Shown: one piece after another, positions 28,643 to 38,472 of the stretch
Layout: every line of letters starts with the position of its first letter
Position numbering within the stretch: the first letter of the stretch is position 1
Virus record (IMG/VR): IMGVR_UViG_3300028586_000750
Source: a virus
Strand: one strand, 5' to 3'
DNA length: 64,000 nucleotides
Program-made: the position numbers and the translations under genes
The notes under the pieces: generated by a model
Database searches by the model: none
What the model was told of the DNA's origin: nothing
The model's input: the letters and a program-made list of their open reading frames with translations, nothing else

Positions 28643-29305
28643 TTAGGCGCTTAGTGCCACCCTGGACGCGTTACCGAGAACGTTAGTCGCGCTAAGAAGA
28701 GCGATAAGCTCACGGATAGAAGTGGAGCGGGCAAGCTTCACAACGTCCTTAGAGAAGCCAAGGAAGTTGTTGTTAGAGGAAGCTACGAAGCCGTGAGGGC
28801 CTTTGCCCTTTGCAAGGACATACACAGCCGTGTGGCCCCATTCCCAACCGTCACGACGGTCATTGGTGGCAGGGGTAAGAGGCTGGTCTACCACGTCAGG
28901 AAGAACAAGAAGCTGTAGGGCTGCCGAACCGTAACCCTCAGGGATACCGTAACCGCTGACGGTAGGCATCCAGTGGTTCCAACCAAGCTGGTCATAGCTG
29001 GGAGACACGTGCTTGCGCATGTCACTTTCGGGAATGCCCATGTTCTTAGCACCTTCGTAGTCCATGATTGCACCCTTGAAAGTACCCTCTAGGATGGTCA
29101 CAGTCTCGGCACGATAAGAACCGTCGTAAGACCTGACCTGCTTGCCAGTCTGAGCTTCCCAAACGGCAACCCACAGGGCCATAGCGGCAAGAGGCGTAAC
29201 GATTGCCTCAGTACCTGCAAGGTAGCGGGTGCGGGCGTCCTTGCGCTCATCCATTTCGCGCTCGAACTCTGCATCGTCAAAATCGTCGTAATCACGGTTA
29301 GACAT
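28643..29305 (-). CDS. Hypothetical protein
   Basis: 220 aa, host-like codons, hairpin downstream. Confidence 0.8.
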   Translation of the reverse strand: MSNRDYDDFDDAEFEREMDERKDARTRYLAGTEAIVTPLAAMALWVAVWEAQTGKQVRSYDGSYRAETVTILEGTFKGAIMDYEGAKNMGIPESDMRKHVSPSYDQLGWNHWMPTVSGYGIPEGYGSAALQLLVLPDVVDQPLTPATNDRRDGWEWGHTAVYVLAKGKGPHGFVASSNNNFLGFSKDVVKLARSTSIRELIALLSATNVLGNASRVALSA

Positions 29306-29502
29306 GTCTAATAACTTTCTAAAAGAAGGTGTGTTGCTCTGACTTCATAAGACTACATGAAGCAGGCCGTACTTGCAACATCTTGTTGAACTTTTTGGGA
29401 AAAATTATTGAACAAGATTTTTCGGTTTTGGTGTTGCATCTTTGATTTATCCGGCGTATGATTGTCTTAGACGTTGTTCACCCCTTTGAAAGGTTTAACA
29501 TT

Positions 29503-29670
29503 ATGGCTTCCATGCTGGTCAACCCCAAGTCCGCCCGTAAGTGCTGCAAGGGCTGCTCGTCCGAGTACGGTGAGCGCGCTCACGGCAAGGGCAAGCAGGA
29601 GTTCAAGCGCATCATCCGTCACCGTGACAAGCAGAACTTCAAGCGCGAGGTCATCCGCAACGAGTTCTAG
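29503..29670 (+). CDS. Small basic protein with CCxxC motif (55 aa)
   Basis: AAAGG RBS; MASMLVNPKSARKCCKGC. Confidence 0.7.
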   Translation: MASMLVNPKSARKCCKGCSSEYGERAHGKGKQEFKRIIRHRDKQNFKREVIRNEF

Positions 29671-29748
29671 TCTTAAATAAGTATCGCCTCTCACCTAAAA
29701 CTAGGTGAGAGGCGATACTTATTTGTAGGCTATGGGAAAAGACGGATG

Positions 29749-30228
29749 TTAGCTTTCTTGCGTCGTCATTTTGCCGGTCATTGAAATGTACAATACGCCA
29801 AAGCCGTTACCGACAAACTTGTATTTTTCCACTCCATCTGCTGTCAAACCTACCTCAGGGGCAATAGTTACATTTCTACCTAAGATGAAGTAGTTATTCC
29901 ATGAGCCGCTAACAGTAATAGAGGTATTTATGTCAGTTTTGACTATTTTGTATTTTGCGAGTGAAGTAGCATCTTGTGTATTACCAGCCGCATAACCATA
30001 GACGGTATCTGCGGTAGGGTTCTTTACCAAGTAGGTAATGACGTTAGTATTAGTGTTTTTAACGTCAGACTTAACACCTGCAATTAAAGCAGCTTTTTGT
30101 TGATTGGCAAAAATAGGGATAGCGATAGCTGCTAGAATACCAATAATTACTACAACAATCATAAGTTCAATAAGAGTGAAACCCTCTTCTGAACCTGTTG
30201 CTCGTAAAGTGCGTAGTTTTTCTACCAT
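29749..30228 (-). CDS. Type IV pilin-like protein
   Basis: GAGG RBS, MVEKLRTLRATGSEEG|FTLIELMIVVVIIGILAAIAIP. Confidence 0.9.
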   Translation of the reverse strand: MVEKLRTLRATGSEEGFTLIELMIVVVIIGILAAIAIPIFANQQKAALIAGVKSDVKNTNTNVITYLVKNPTADTVYGYAAGNTQDATSLAKYKIVKTDINTSITVSGSWNNYFILGRNVTIAPEVGLTADGVEKYKFVGNGFGVLYISMTGKMTTQES

Positions 30229-30454
30229 GTTAACCTCGAAGTATTTGTTATCTTCATTATCTGGTTTCTCTGTGTTTAGCTCGGGCCTTACCAAAAGATG
30301 ATAATGTATCTTATCGTTTCTTATCTTTTGCATAATGTATGGGTGTCTCAATAATGAGACATTCTATGAAACTATCTCATTATTGAGACACTTGCGTTGG
30401 CATAACAACATATGCTATTCTTAAATCCTTAATCTTCATTTAGAATGGAACACT

Positions 30455-30850
30455 ATGGTTGCTTTTATTGCACAAATTATTATCTCTTTCGATCCGCTGC
30501 GCGCTTGGGTCAACAAGAAGCCAAACAAGAGCGCATATGTTCTTTTAGCTCTTAACGTGGTGGCTTTCATCCTAAGTTTTGCCCTACTTTCTAGTGGCTC
30601 TTGGCCTACTATTAACTGGCTAACTCTATTTGGGCTTGTTGGGTTGGTAGCTTCAATTCTTTGGCTTGGAGCTAACCTAGCTAATCTTTATGCTGTAGGC
30701 GCTTTTGATGGTCTAGTGACACGTTATGGCGTATTCGGTAAGCGAGTACAAGAGGAAGTTGTTTTCCAGCGTATCCAGCAAAACACTGTACGTGAAGAAA
30801 TTCGTGGCAATGGAAAAGACGACAAAGCATTAGAACACCTAATTGGCTAA
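30455..30850 (+). CDS. Membrane protein, FDP family member 1 (divergent)
   Basis: FIAQIIISFDPL..W plus two TM helices. Confidence 0.7.
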   Translation: MVAFIAQIIISFDPLRAWVNKKPNKSAYVLLALNVVAFILSFALLSSGSWPTINWLTLFGLVGLVASILWLGANLANLYAVGAFDGLVTRYGVFGKRVQEEVVFQRIQQNTVREEIRGNGKDDKALEHLIG

Positions 30851-30960
30851 TTGAAGAAACCCTCTCTAGATATTCAGAGAGGGTTTCTTTTTGAGTGATT
30901 ATATGATAGGCTCAATGGGTAAAGACATTATTAATTGCAACTTATTGATTGGAAAAAATC

Positions 30961-31398
30961 ATGACCCAGCTTTTTGCCAAATTTCTTGTCCTTTTTGACC
31001 CTATCGTTGACTGGGCTGACCGTGGCGATACGGACGCCCGTAAATACTTCTCGTTCTCTGTGCTGTACTTGGTGCTCACAGCTATTTTTGTTGTAATAGC
31101 TAATCTATTTGGAATGCCAGAAATGAACTGGGGAACAGGTCTTAGTGGTCTAGCTTTCCTTATCTTCGGAATTATGAGCTTTGGGGCTATGCTTTGGGCT
31201 TGCCTAGAGTTCTTCAACTCGAACCGCTGGTATTCTATTTGGGACGCAACAGGTGGAGCTATCAGCAACAAGGTTGATAAGGCCAAGAATGAAGTCCGCA
31301 ACCAGAAGCGTGCCAGCCAGGACGAAGCAATTACCCATTCGGTTGCTCTATACGACCCTTCGGCTTCTCGTCGTGAAGACATTGAGTACATGCGTTAA
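30961..31398 (+). CDS. Membrane protein, FDP family member 2
   Basis: FAKFLVLFDPIV.W ... EDIEYMR. Confidence 0.8.
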   Translation: MTQLFAKFLVLFDPIVDWADRGDTDARKYFSFSVLYLVLTAIFVVIANLFGMPEMNWGTGLSGLAFLIFGIMSFGAMLWACLEFFNSNRWYSIWDATGGAISNKVDKAKNEVRNQKRASQDEAITHSVALYDPSASRREDIEYMR

Positions 31399-31514
31399 CC
31401 ACTAGTTACAAAAACACCCTCTTTTTCGGAAGAGGGTGTTTCTTTTTAGGTACAGGTGTGATAGGCTAAATGGGTAAAGACATTTACTGACAAAAACTTA
31501 TTGATTGGAAAATC

Positions 31515-31928
31515 ATGGCTTACATCATTGCACGGTTCCTCATCCTGCTTGACCCTATTGTGGCTTGGTCTAAGAGGGGGAAGCATGGCGAGTCGCGCCA
31601 GTTCTTCTTGGTCACATTGTCATTTCTTGCCGGGTTTAATATTTCGGTTGGACTAACTAAACTTTCTGGTTTTCCTGCTTTTAACTTCGGAACAATTTTG
31701 TTCTTTCTTACCGCATTTGTGTGCATCCTTGTAACTATTGTGTCAGCCATAGTGGCGGTTTTCGAGTACATGATTAACGGAGGATGGGCAAGTACAGGGG
31801 ATGTTTTCTTTAAGCAGATTAGGAAGGCTAAGCAGGACATTCGCGCACAGAAGAATGCCGCTGAGGCCCCTGAGAACGTTCAGGTATCTAAGGCTTACAC
31901 GCCTGATGACCTTGAATATCTTCGTTAA
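31515..31928 (+). CDS. Membrane protein, FDP family member 3
   Basis: IARFLILLDPIV.W ... DDLEYLR. Confidence 0.8.
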   Translation: MAYIIARFLILLDPIVAWSKRGKHGESRQFFLVTLSFLAGFNISVGLTKLSGFPAFNFGTILFFLTAFVCILVTIVSAIVAVFEYMINGGWASTGDVFFKQIRKAKQDIRAQKNAAEAPENVQVSKAYTPDDLEYLR

Positions 31929-31987
31929 AGCTTAACCAATGAGTAGTGCCCCACCAGAATTAACTGGTGGGGCACTACTCATTGGTA

Positions 31988-32458
31988 TTAAAGTTGACTT
32001 GGACCTGAATATGTTCTTCCGGTAGCGGAATCGTATCTCACGTCATCAGCACCAGCAACTAATAAGCTGGCTTCTGAATTTACAGAAGTGTTCCATCCAC
32101 GGACACTATAGCTTTTCCAGTCACCGAAAACAGAGACTGTAGTGTTAGTGTCAGTAACGATGACTTTATAATTGTTGATACCTGCACCTACAGGTGCGTC
32201 ACCATTTCCAAAAGCTCTATTTTGTAGTTCAAGTGCAACTGCTTTAGGGTTCTTAACCAAATATGTGACAACATTAGTGTTGGTGTTTCTCACATCTGAT
32301 TTAACGCCAGCTACAATAGCTGATTTTTGTTGATTAGCAAAGATTGGAATAGCAATAGCTGCGAGAATACCAATAATTACGACAACAATCATCAACTCGA
32401 TAAGAGTGAAACCCTCTTCTGAACCTGTGTTGCGTAATTTCTGTAAGTTTTTAATCAT
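31988..32458 (-). CDS. Type IV pilin-like protein
   Basis: G|FTLIELMIVVVIIGILAAIAIPIFANQQK. Confidence 0.9.
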   Translation of the reverse strand: MIKNLQKLRNTGSEEGFTLIELMIVVVIIGILAAIAIPIFANQQKSAIVAGVKSDVRNTNTNVVTYLVKNPKAVALELQNRAFGNGDAPVGAGINNYKVIVTDTNTTVSVFGDWKSYSVRGWNTSVNSEASLLVAGADDVRYDSATGRTYSGPSQL

Positions 32459-32472
32459 GATATGTTCCTGTA

Positions 32473-32961
32473 TTATGGGGTAGTTGTTGGCGCTGGTGGG
32501 GAGAAGCTGTATGCGTTGTCAGCAGCACCGCAGCTTAATTGACTAGCATGACCAAGTTCACCATTAAACCCGCTCTTACCTGTTGCAGAAACGAAAATGA
32601 AATAACGGCCTGTTTCGTCATACTTATCACCGTTAGCATTGTAAGCTTTAATGCAGTAATCAGATGGTGAACCAAAAATTGAAATTAGTGTACCTTCAGA
32701 ACGTGGGGTAGCGAGTTCTGGAAGACGACCTTTGAAAGATTTGACCTGTGGGTGTGAAGCTATCCATCCAGCAATAGTGTTATTAGCTGTCTTCACGTCA
32801 CTTTGTGTTCTTGCATCAATCGCTGCTTTTTGTTGGTTAGAGAAGATTGGGATAGCAATAGCAGCGAGGATGCCAATAATTACTACCACAATCATTAGCT
32901 CAATAAGGGTGAAACCTTCCTCTGAGCTAGAGTTGCGTAGTTTTTGTAAGTTTTTAATCAT
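32473..32961 (-). CDS. Type IV pilin-like protein
   Basis: Same class III signal and alpha1 helix; Cys pair in the head domain. Confidence 0.9.
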   Translation of the reverse strand: MIKNLQKLRNSSSEEGFTLIELMIVVVIIGILAAIAIPIFSNQQKAAIDARTQSDVKTANNTIAGWIASHPQVKSFKGRLPELATPRSEGTLISIFGSPSDYCIKAYNANGDKYDETGRYFIFVSATGKSGFNGELGHASQLSCGAADNAYSFSPPAPTTTP

Positions 32962-32988
32962 GTCATAGTCCTGTAATAGTTATTATAG

Positions 32989-33468
32989 TTAGTCGCCTTG
33001 TACAGCAAATTTTCCTGTTTTGGATGTGTAAAGGACACCAAACCCATCCCCGGTGAATATTTGTCCTTTGTCAGCGTCAGCAGTCAAGCTAACAAGCGGA
33101 CCTACTGTTAAATTTCTACCTAAAATAAAGTAATTGTTCCATGAGCCTCTTACAATAATAAGGGTGTCCTTATCACTAATAGTCATTTCGTATTTAGCTT
33201 TTGAGGTAGCATCTTGGCCAGTTGCGTTATGGAAACCATCTAACGTACTAGCTGTTGGGTTCTTAACAAGATATGTTGTAACATTAGTGTTAATGTTTTT
33301 AACGTCTGACTTGATGCCTGCGACAATTGCGCTTTTTTGTTGGTTGGCAAAAATTGGGATAGCAATAGCAGCCAAAATTCCAATGATTACAACAACAATC
33401 ATCAACTCAATAAGAGTGAAACCTTCTTCTGAGCCTGTTGAACGAAGTTCTTTAAGTTTATTAATCAT
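32989..33468 (-). CDS. Type IV pilin-like protein
   Basis: Same N-terminus; head closely related to 33472-33963 and 29749-30228. Confidence 0.9.
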   Translation of the reverse strand: MINKLKELRSTGSEEGFTLIELMIVVVIIGILAAIAIPIFANQQKSAIVAGIKSDVKNINTNVTTYLVKNPTASTLDGFHNATGQDATSKAKYEMTISDKDTLIIVRGSWNNYFILGRNLTVGPLVSLTADADKGQIFTGDGFGVLYTSKTGKFAVQGD

Positions 33469-33471
33469 GAA

Positions 33472-33963
33472 TTAGTCGCCTTGTGCAACAATCTTGCCTG
33501 TTTTGGATGTGTATAAAATGCCAAAAGTGTTGTCAGCAGCTACAAACTTGTAGCCTTTAACTGTGTCTGTTGAAATGCTTGCGATTGGTGCAATAGCAGT
33601 GTTACGACCAAGGACAAAGTAGTTATCCCATGAGCCTCTTACTGTAATCACAGTATCTTTATCAGAAACAGTCATGGAGTATTTAGCTTTTGAAACGGAG
33701 TCTTGACCAGTTGGTGTCCAGTAACCTTCTAAGTCTGCTTCTGTAGCTGTAGGGTTCTTTACCAAGTATGTTGTAACACTAGTGTTAATGTTTTTAACAT
33801 CTGATTTAACACTAGCAATAATTGCGCTTTTCTGCTGGTTAGCAAAAATAGGAATAGCAATCGCAGCGAGAATACCAATGATTACGACAACAATCATTAA
33901 CTCAATAAGGGTGAAGCCCTCTTCTGAGCCTGTGTTGCGTAGTTTTTGTAAGTTTTTAATCAT
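33472..33963 (-). CDS. Type IV pilin-like protein
   Basis: Same N-terminus; first gene of the 4-pilin tandem. Confidence 0.9.
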   Translation of the reverse strand: MIKNLQKLRNTGSEEGFTLIELMIVVVIIGILAAIAIPIFANQQKSAIIASVKSDVKNINTSVTTYLVKNPTATEADLEGYWTPTGQDSVSKAKYSMTVSDKDTVITVRGSWDNYFVLGRNTAIAPIASISTDTVKGYKFVAADNTFGILYTSKTGKIVAQGD

Positions 33964-34147
33964 GCTGACCTTAGTTGTTTATTATAATAAACATCTGCCG
34001 TTGTTTAGAAGGCTTACAAACCTACGTTTTGATGATTAGGTTTTATTATCTTTTCTTATCTTCTACTTAAACCTTGGGTAACGTTTTTAGTCTATAAAAA
34101 GACCAATTATGTTATGCTTATGAAAATACACTTTGATCGGATACCGC

Positions 34148-34537
34148 ATGACAACCCTTTTAGCAAATTTCCTTGTACTGTTTGACCCTATTGTTAATTG
34201 GCCTAAAGCAAAAGACACAGAGTTTCGCCAAAACCTTTTAATGTTTGCTTTTACAGCCTTACTATCTACTATCGCAGGTTTCCTGCTACCAGTATTTAAC
34301 TTCCCTGCGTTTAACGCCGGAACTGCTATCTGTATGACAATTGTTGTTTTTGGTGGGATAGTATCCATTATCCTTGGCATTATGACTTTAGTGGAAATGA
34401 CAGAGACAAGCTGGTGGAAAAAGACATCAAGAAACATTGAGCTAGCAAAAGCTGATGCAAGAAAAAGACGTTTACGTGTAGAAAAAGAAGAAACAGCTAC
34501 ATCTGTTACCAAAGAAGACCTAGAATATCTACGATGA
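34148..34537 (+). CDS. Membrane protein, FDP family member 4
   Basis: LANFLVLFDPIV.W ... EDLEYLR. Confidence 0.8.
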   Translation: MTTLLANFLVLFDPIVNWPKAKDTEFRQNLLMFAFTALLSTIAGFLLPVFNFPAFNAGTAICMTIVVFGGIVSIILGIMTLVEMTETSWWKKTSRNIELAKADARKRRLRVEKEETATSVTKEDLEYLR

Positions 34538-34833
34538 TAGATAAGAAGAAAACTTCATTTGGAGATAAGTTAGCTAAAACTCTATATCTAGATTTAGCTA
34601 TAATTTTTGTTCTAGCTGTGGTAGGATTAATATGTCTCTACTTTGGTTTTAGATTACCTAACCCTTATGACATAGTAGTAAACGTTATAGCAGGTTTAAT
34701 AGTTATAGCAGCGAGTGGTCTTGGCGCAGTCGTTTGTTTCAAAATCTTTGTTCTTGGCGAATTTTTTGAAACAGACAAAAACAATAACCTTCGCTCTATA
34801 TTTACAGAACCAGAACCACCTAAGGAAAATTAA
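34534..34833 (+). CDS. Two-TM membrane protein
   Basis: ATGA overlap with the upstream gene. Confidence 0.75.
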   Translation: MIDKKKTSFGDKLAKTLYLDLAIIFVLAVVGLICLYFGFRLPNPYDIVVNVIAGLIVIAASGLGAVVCFKIFVLGEFFETDKNNNLRSIFTEPEPPKEN

Positions 34834-34842
34834 AGGCTTCAA

Positions 34843-35559
34843 ATGGAACTTACTGTACAACGACTTGAACAAATCATTGCATCCCAAAAAAGGGTTGTAG
34901 TGGTTACGGGTGCGGGCACTTCAACCTTGTCAGGTATCCCTGACTTCGTTAGCGTGGACAGTGGGTGGGAAGGTGATATCCCTCGTGAAGTGGCTATCAG
35001 TAAAAACTATTTCCATGCTTACCCTAAAAGTTTTTGGAAAGTCTACAAGAAGCTTTTTCTTCCTAAAGTCAGGGCTGAGCTTGCACCATCTAAAGCTCAT
35101 ACTTTTTTGAAAAAGCTTGAAGATTTTGCGGAAGTAGAAATCTACACGCAAAACGTTGACGGTTTACATCAAGCTGCTGGTAGCACTAATGTCACTGAGG
35201 TCCACGGTAACGCAAATACTCTTACTTGCGTTAAATGTCGCAACCAAGTGGATGTTTGGGATGTTTACGATAGTGTTGTACCTATTTGCGAGCTTTGTGG
35301 CAAACTTTTGAAACCAGATGTTGTCTTGTTCGGGGAGAAAAGTCCTGGTTACGGGAAAATGTTTGATGCTTTGAACGGACCTGGTGTTCTTCTTATGATG
35401 GGAACAAGTCTTAACGTAGCCCCTGTTAATCAAATGCCTTTGGAAGCCGCTCAATTCGCTCCCCATTTATGGCGTGTGTATTGGGATAAAACTGCTACTG
35501 CGGAGCAAGAACCTTTGTTCCATCATTACGTGAATACTGATTTTTCAGAGCTAAACTAA
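34843..35559 (+). CDS. Sir2-family NAD-dependent protein deacylase (CobB-like)
   Basis: TGAG.ST.SGIPDF, TQNVDGLH..AG, EVHG, CxxC...CxxC, KPDVVLFGE, GTSL.V.P. Confidence 0.92.
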   Translation: MELTVQRLEQIIASQKRVVVVTGAGTSTLSGIPDFVSVDSGWEGDIPREVAISKNYFHAYPKSFWKVYKKLFLPKVRAELAPSKAHTFLKKLEDFAEVEIYTQNVDGLHQAAGSTNVTEVHGNANTLTCVKCRNQVDVWDVYDSVVPICELCGKLLKPDVVLFGEKSPGYGKMFDALNGPGVLLMMGTSLNVAPVNQMPLEAAQFAPHLWRVYWDKTATAEQEPLFHHYVNTDFSELN

Positions 35560-35605
35560 AAAACTTTGGCCCCACCAGTTAATTCTGGTGGGGCCAAAGT
35601 TTTTG

Positions 35606-35713
35606 TTACTTGTTGAGCATGTCTTTCTCATGCTGTTCAGCTTCTAAACGAGCCTGCTTCACTTCATCTGAGTTCTCATCGTAACCCAAATCTCGGAATA
35701 GGTTAATACCCAT
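35606..35713 (-). CDS. Small acidic peptide (35 aa)
   Basis: MGINLFRDLGYDENSDE...; purine-rich RBS; directly downstream of 35727-36020. Confidence 0.55.
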   Translation of the reverse strand: MGINLFRDLGYDENSDEVKQARLEAEQHEKDMLNK

Positions 35714-35726
35714 TTTACCCTTTTCT

Positions 35727-36020
35727 TTAGTTGAACATGTACCCTGCGTACACAGTTGCGGTAGGAGCAATAAGGCTGTTCACGCTTGTGTGACCGTCAG
35801 TGTAGAACTTCCTGGTAAGGATGTTCTCACCGTACAGAGTGATGTTCTCGTAGTAATAGCCGTCCATGCGACCAACATCTTCTGTTACCTCACCGAACTG
35901 GAAGTTTTCCCCATCAACGATAAGGACATACTCACCAGTTGCAATCTGCTCAGGGTTAACCTGAGTTAGGTTGCTTGCGTTGACTACAGTCTTAACGAAC
36001 TGCTGTGCGTCACCATTCAT
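35727..36020 (-). CDS. Hypothetical protein
   Basis: 97 aa ORF. Confidence 0.75.
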   Translation of the reverse strand: MNGDAQQFVKTVVNASNLTQVNPEQIATGEYVLIVDGENFQFGEVTEDVGRMDGYYYENITLYGENILTRKFYTDGHTSVNSLIAPTATVYAGYMFN

Positions 36021-36095
36021 TTTTCTTTCAATCTTTGTTGTGTTACTCGGTTAATATATTTCCAGCATATCAAACAAAAGCGTGTTTTGCAACCA

Positions 36096-36395
36096 TTAGA
36101 TGTGGTGGATGAAATAATTCATTCGTGCAATGTAACGCGTTAGAGGCGCTGCGGTTGGGTTGTGCATCACATCGTAGCAAACCCACTTTTTACCGTCTAC
36201 AGCGAGCTTGTGAAGCGTGCTGGGGTAGGTTGCATGGTTACGAGCAATCACGCGAAGAAGCACAATGTCTTCGTTGTCTCGCTCAGCAAGATAATCAAGG
36301 TCATCAGGGAAAGCATAAGGGTTCTCAGCAGCAGTCACCCGCTCATACCAGTCATCTGAGTGAGCGTTACCCACAGTTATAGCAAACGTAGACAT
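36096..36395 (-). CDS. Variant leucine-rich-repeat (LRV)-like protein
   Basis: AAENP...PDDL..LA...VIARN.AT.P..LHKLA.D....V...V..NP repeats. Confidence 0.65.
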   Translation of the reverse strand: MSTFAITVGNAHSDDWYERVTAAENPYAFPDDLDYLAERDNEDIVLLRVIARNHATYPSTLHKLAVDGKKWVCYDVMHNPTAAPLTRYIARMNYFIHHI

Positions 36396-36508
36396 TGTAA
36401 GTCTTTCTTGTCTTTCCAATAATTACTTTTACTGTAGCACAGTTGCCAGACATATGGAAATTGCCTCACCGACTAATTTGGTGAGGCAATTTCTGTGATG
36501 CAGATAAT

Positions 36509-36751
36509 TTACTGTGCAGCAGCTTTCGTACCAGAAGCAGTGAGAACAACGACAGCAGCACGGAGGCTAGGTGCAGCGCGGGTAAGGCTGCGCTGCATGA
36601 GAGACTTGTAAGTGCGAGTATCCGAAGAACGGCGTCCCTGAACGATGAAATAAGGCTTGTCCTTGCGGGAAAGAGGGAAGTGAACGTACTTGACTTCACC
36701 CTTCTGAACGAGTTCAAGGGCGGTCTTCTGAGCGATGCTAAGAGTGGGCAT
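36509..36751 (-). CDS. Small basic hypothetical protein (winged-helix-like)
   Basis: AAGGA RBS; MPTLSIAQ. Confidence 0.7.
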   Translation of the reverse strand: MPTLSIAQKTALELVQKGEVKYVHFPLSRKDKPYFIVQGRRSSDTRTYKSLMQRSLTRAAPSLRAAVVVLTASGTKAAAQ

Positions 36752-36922
36752 GTTATTTCCTTTTAATGAGGGACTTAATTGCTTACAAAGTAATAGTATC
36801 ACGAACCACTGACATTTTGAGCACTTGTAAAAAGACATACAAAGCTTGTTGCTATTGTCAGTCGTAGGGTGTAGAGTGAACTTAAAGTTATTCAACCATC
36901 TAATTGAGAGAGATAATTACCA

Positions 36923-37435
36923 ATGACTTACCGTATTTTCACTGAAAGCGTTCTTGATGAGGTTGCTGATTTCACCCTCAAGCTTGCTATCCCTGAGAGC
37001 AGCTACAATGTTAAGAACGCAGACGGTACGGCTCCTGTAGTAACCCTCAAGGTTAACGCTTCTACCAAGCGTTTCGCTCTCGCTGCCCTTCGTGAGATTA
37101 ACACCACTCAGGAAATGCTCAACATCATCGCTCAGCACCGTCTGGGCGCTGACTTCGCCACTCTTGTTGTAAGGAAGCCCAAGAAGGCTACCAAGCTCAT
37201 GGAGAAGATTGACCCTAAGTTCTACGAGTTCTACTTCAAGGCCACTCAGGATGAGGCTGACGGCGGTGGAGAGATTGAGGTTACGCTTACCGCTCCCAGC
37301 GGCCTCATTGGTTTCAAGGCTTTCCAGGCTATGACCAACCCTCAGAAGCTTTCTGGTCTTCTTGCCAGCTTCATGCCTGATGAGGATGAGGACGACTTTG
37401 ACGATTATGACACCGACGAAGACTACGGCAACTAA
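36923..37435 (+). CDS. Hypothetical protein with acidic tail
   Basis: 170 aa, host-like codons. Confidence 0.8.
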   Translation: MTYRIFTESVLDEVADFTLKLAIPESSYNVKNADGTAPVVTLKVNASTKRFALAALREINTTQEMLNIIAQHRLGADFATLVVRKPKKATKLMEKIDPKFYEFYFKATQDEADGGGEIEVTLTAPSGLIGFKAFQAMTNPQKLSGLLASFMPDEDEDDFDDYDTDEDYGN

Positions 37436-37552
37436 GTAGTTTCATATTGAGCCTCGCACCTGAATAATTTAGGTGCGAGGCTCAATTGCTTTTGACAGAC
37501 AAATAGTTATGGCCCCACCAGTTATCTGGTGGGGCCATAACTATTTAAGTTT

Positions 37553-37867
37553 TTAGTTGATAAGACGGGTCATGTAATCTACTGCCACCTTGGTGCCAGC
37601 TTCATCTGCCCCATCAATCTTTGCTACTCCAAGGATGAAAGCGGCAAGCGTGTAAGCTTCATCGATAGTGGTTACAGCCTTGATACGGTCGCTTTGCTCC
37701 ATGAGCACCTTAGCGATAGCATCCGACTTGTTCTGTAGACGCTGAGCGTTCTCAGGGTTGGTAGCCTTTGCGGCAAGAAGGTCAAGTGTCTTGACGGCAT
37801 CCGCCATGTCACGAATTGCTTCGGTACGGAAAAGTTCGAGCTTTGTGTTTTCAATCGTAGTAGTCAT
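37553..37867 (-). CDS. Hypothetical protein
   Basis: GAGG RBS; 104 aa. Confidence 0.75.
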   Translation of the reverse strand: MTTTIENTKLELFRTEAIRDMADAVKTLDLLAAKATNPENAQRLQNKSDAIAKVLMEQSDRIKAVTTIDEAYTLAAFILGVAKIDGADEAGTKVAVDYMTRLIN

Positions 37868-38032
37868 AATGCTACCTCGTTTCTTTGTTAGTTTTTATTA
37901 TATGTTTCAACTATACACCTTGGTGTAGTTTTGTCAACAAGCAAGGGTATGGGAAAAGACAATATATTAGATAGTGATATATGATTGGTATGCTAGACGC
38001 AAGTCTCAACATACCGTCACATTAGGCCCTAA

Positions 38033-38392
38033 CTAGCCCTGTGCAGGCGGTAGAGGGGTTCTAGTGCGCTGCCTGAGCCACTTAGCGTTACGCTTCGCTA
38101 AACGGTGTGGCGAGGCTTCTACGACCGCAATGAGTTCATTTACGTCTGACTGCCCATTAAGGAAAGGGAAGATATAAGAGTGGTCAGCGTGACCTTCTTC
38201 AAGAAGAGAAGCAACTTGCGAATGGATAATTTGCATTTTGTTCACAATGGAATGCATTTGCTGCAAGGCTTCGTTTGAAGTGTAAGCACCTTTTTCTTCA
38301 AAGCGCTTAAAGTAATGTAAAGCCATCTCAGCAGTATCCTCTGCTTGTTGATGAATAGAGTTTAGAGCAGCTACTTCACTTAGTTTATCCAT
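38033..38392 (-). CDS. Hypothetical protein
   Basis: 119 aa ORF. Confidence 0.7.
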   Translation of the reverse strand: MDKLSEVAALNSIHQQAEDTAEMALHYFKRFEEKGAYTSNEALQQMHSIVNKMQIIHSQVASLLEEGHADHSYIFPFLNGQSDVNELIAVVEASPHRLAKRNAKWLRQRTRTPLPPAQG

Positions 38393-38472
38393 AGAATTTT
38401 AGGATACCACTTATAGGTTGTTAAAGCAAACAAAAACGGGGAACAGTATATTAATACTGCCCCCCGTGAGGC

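Noticed and set aside
29749-33963. Shufflon or diversity-generating retroelement acting on pilins
   Set aside because: Each pilin is a complete gene with its own start. There are no invertase sites, recombinase, reverse transcriptase or adenine-specific TR/VR pair in the window.
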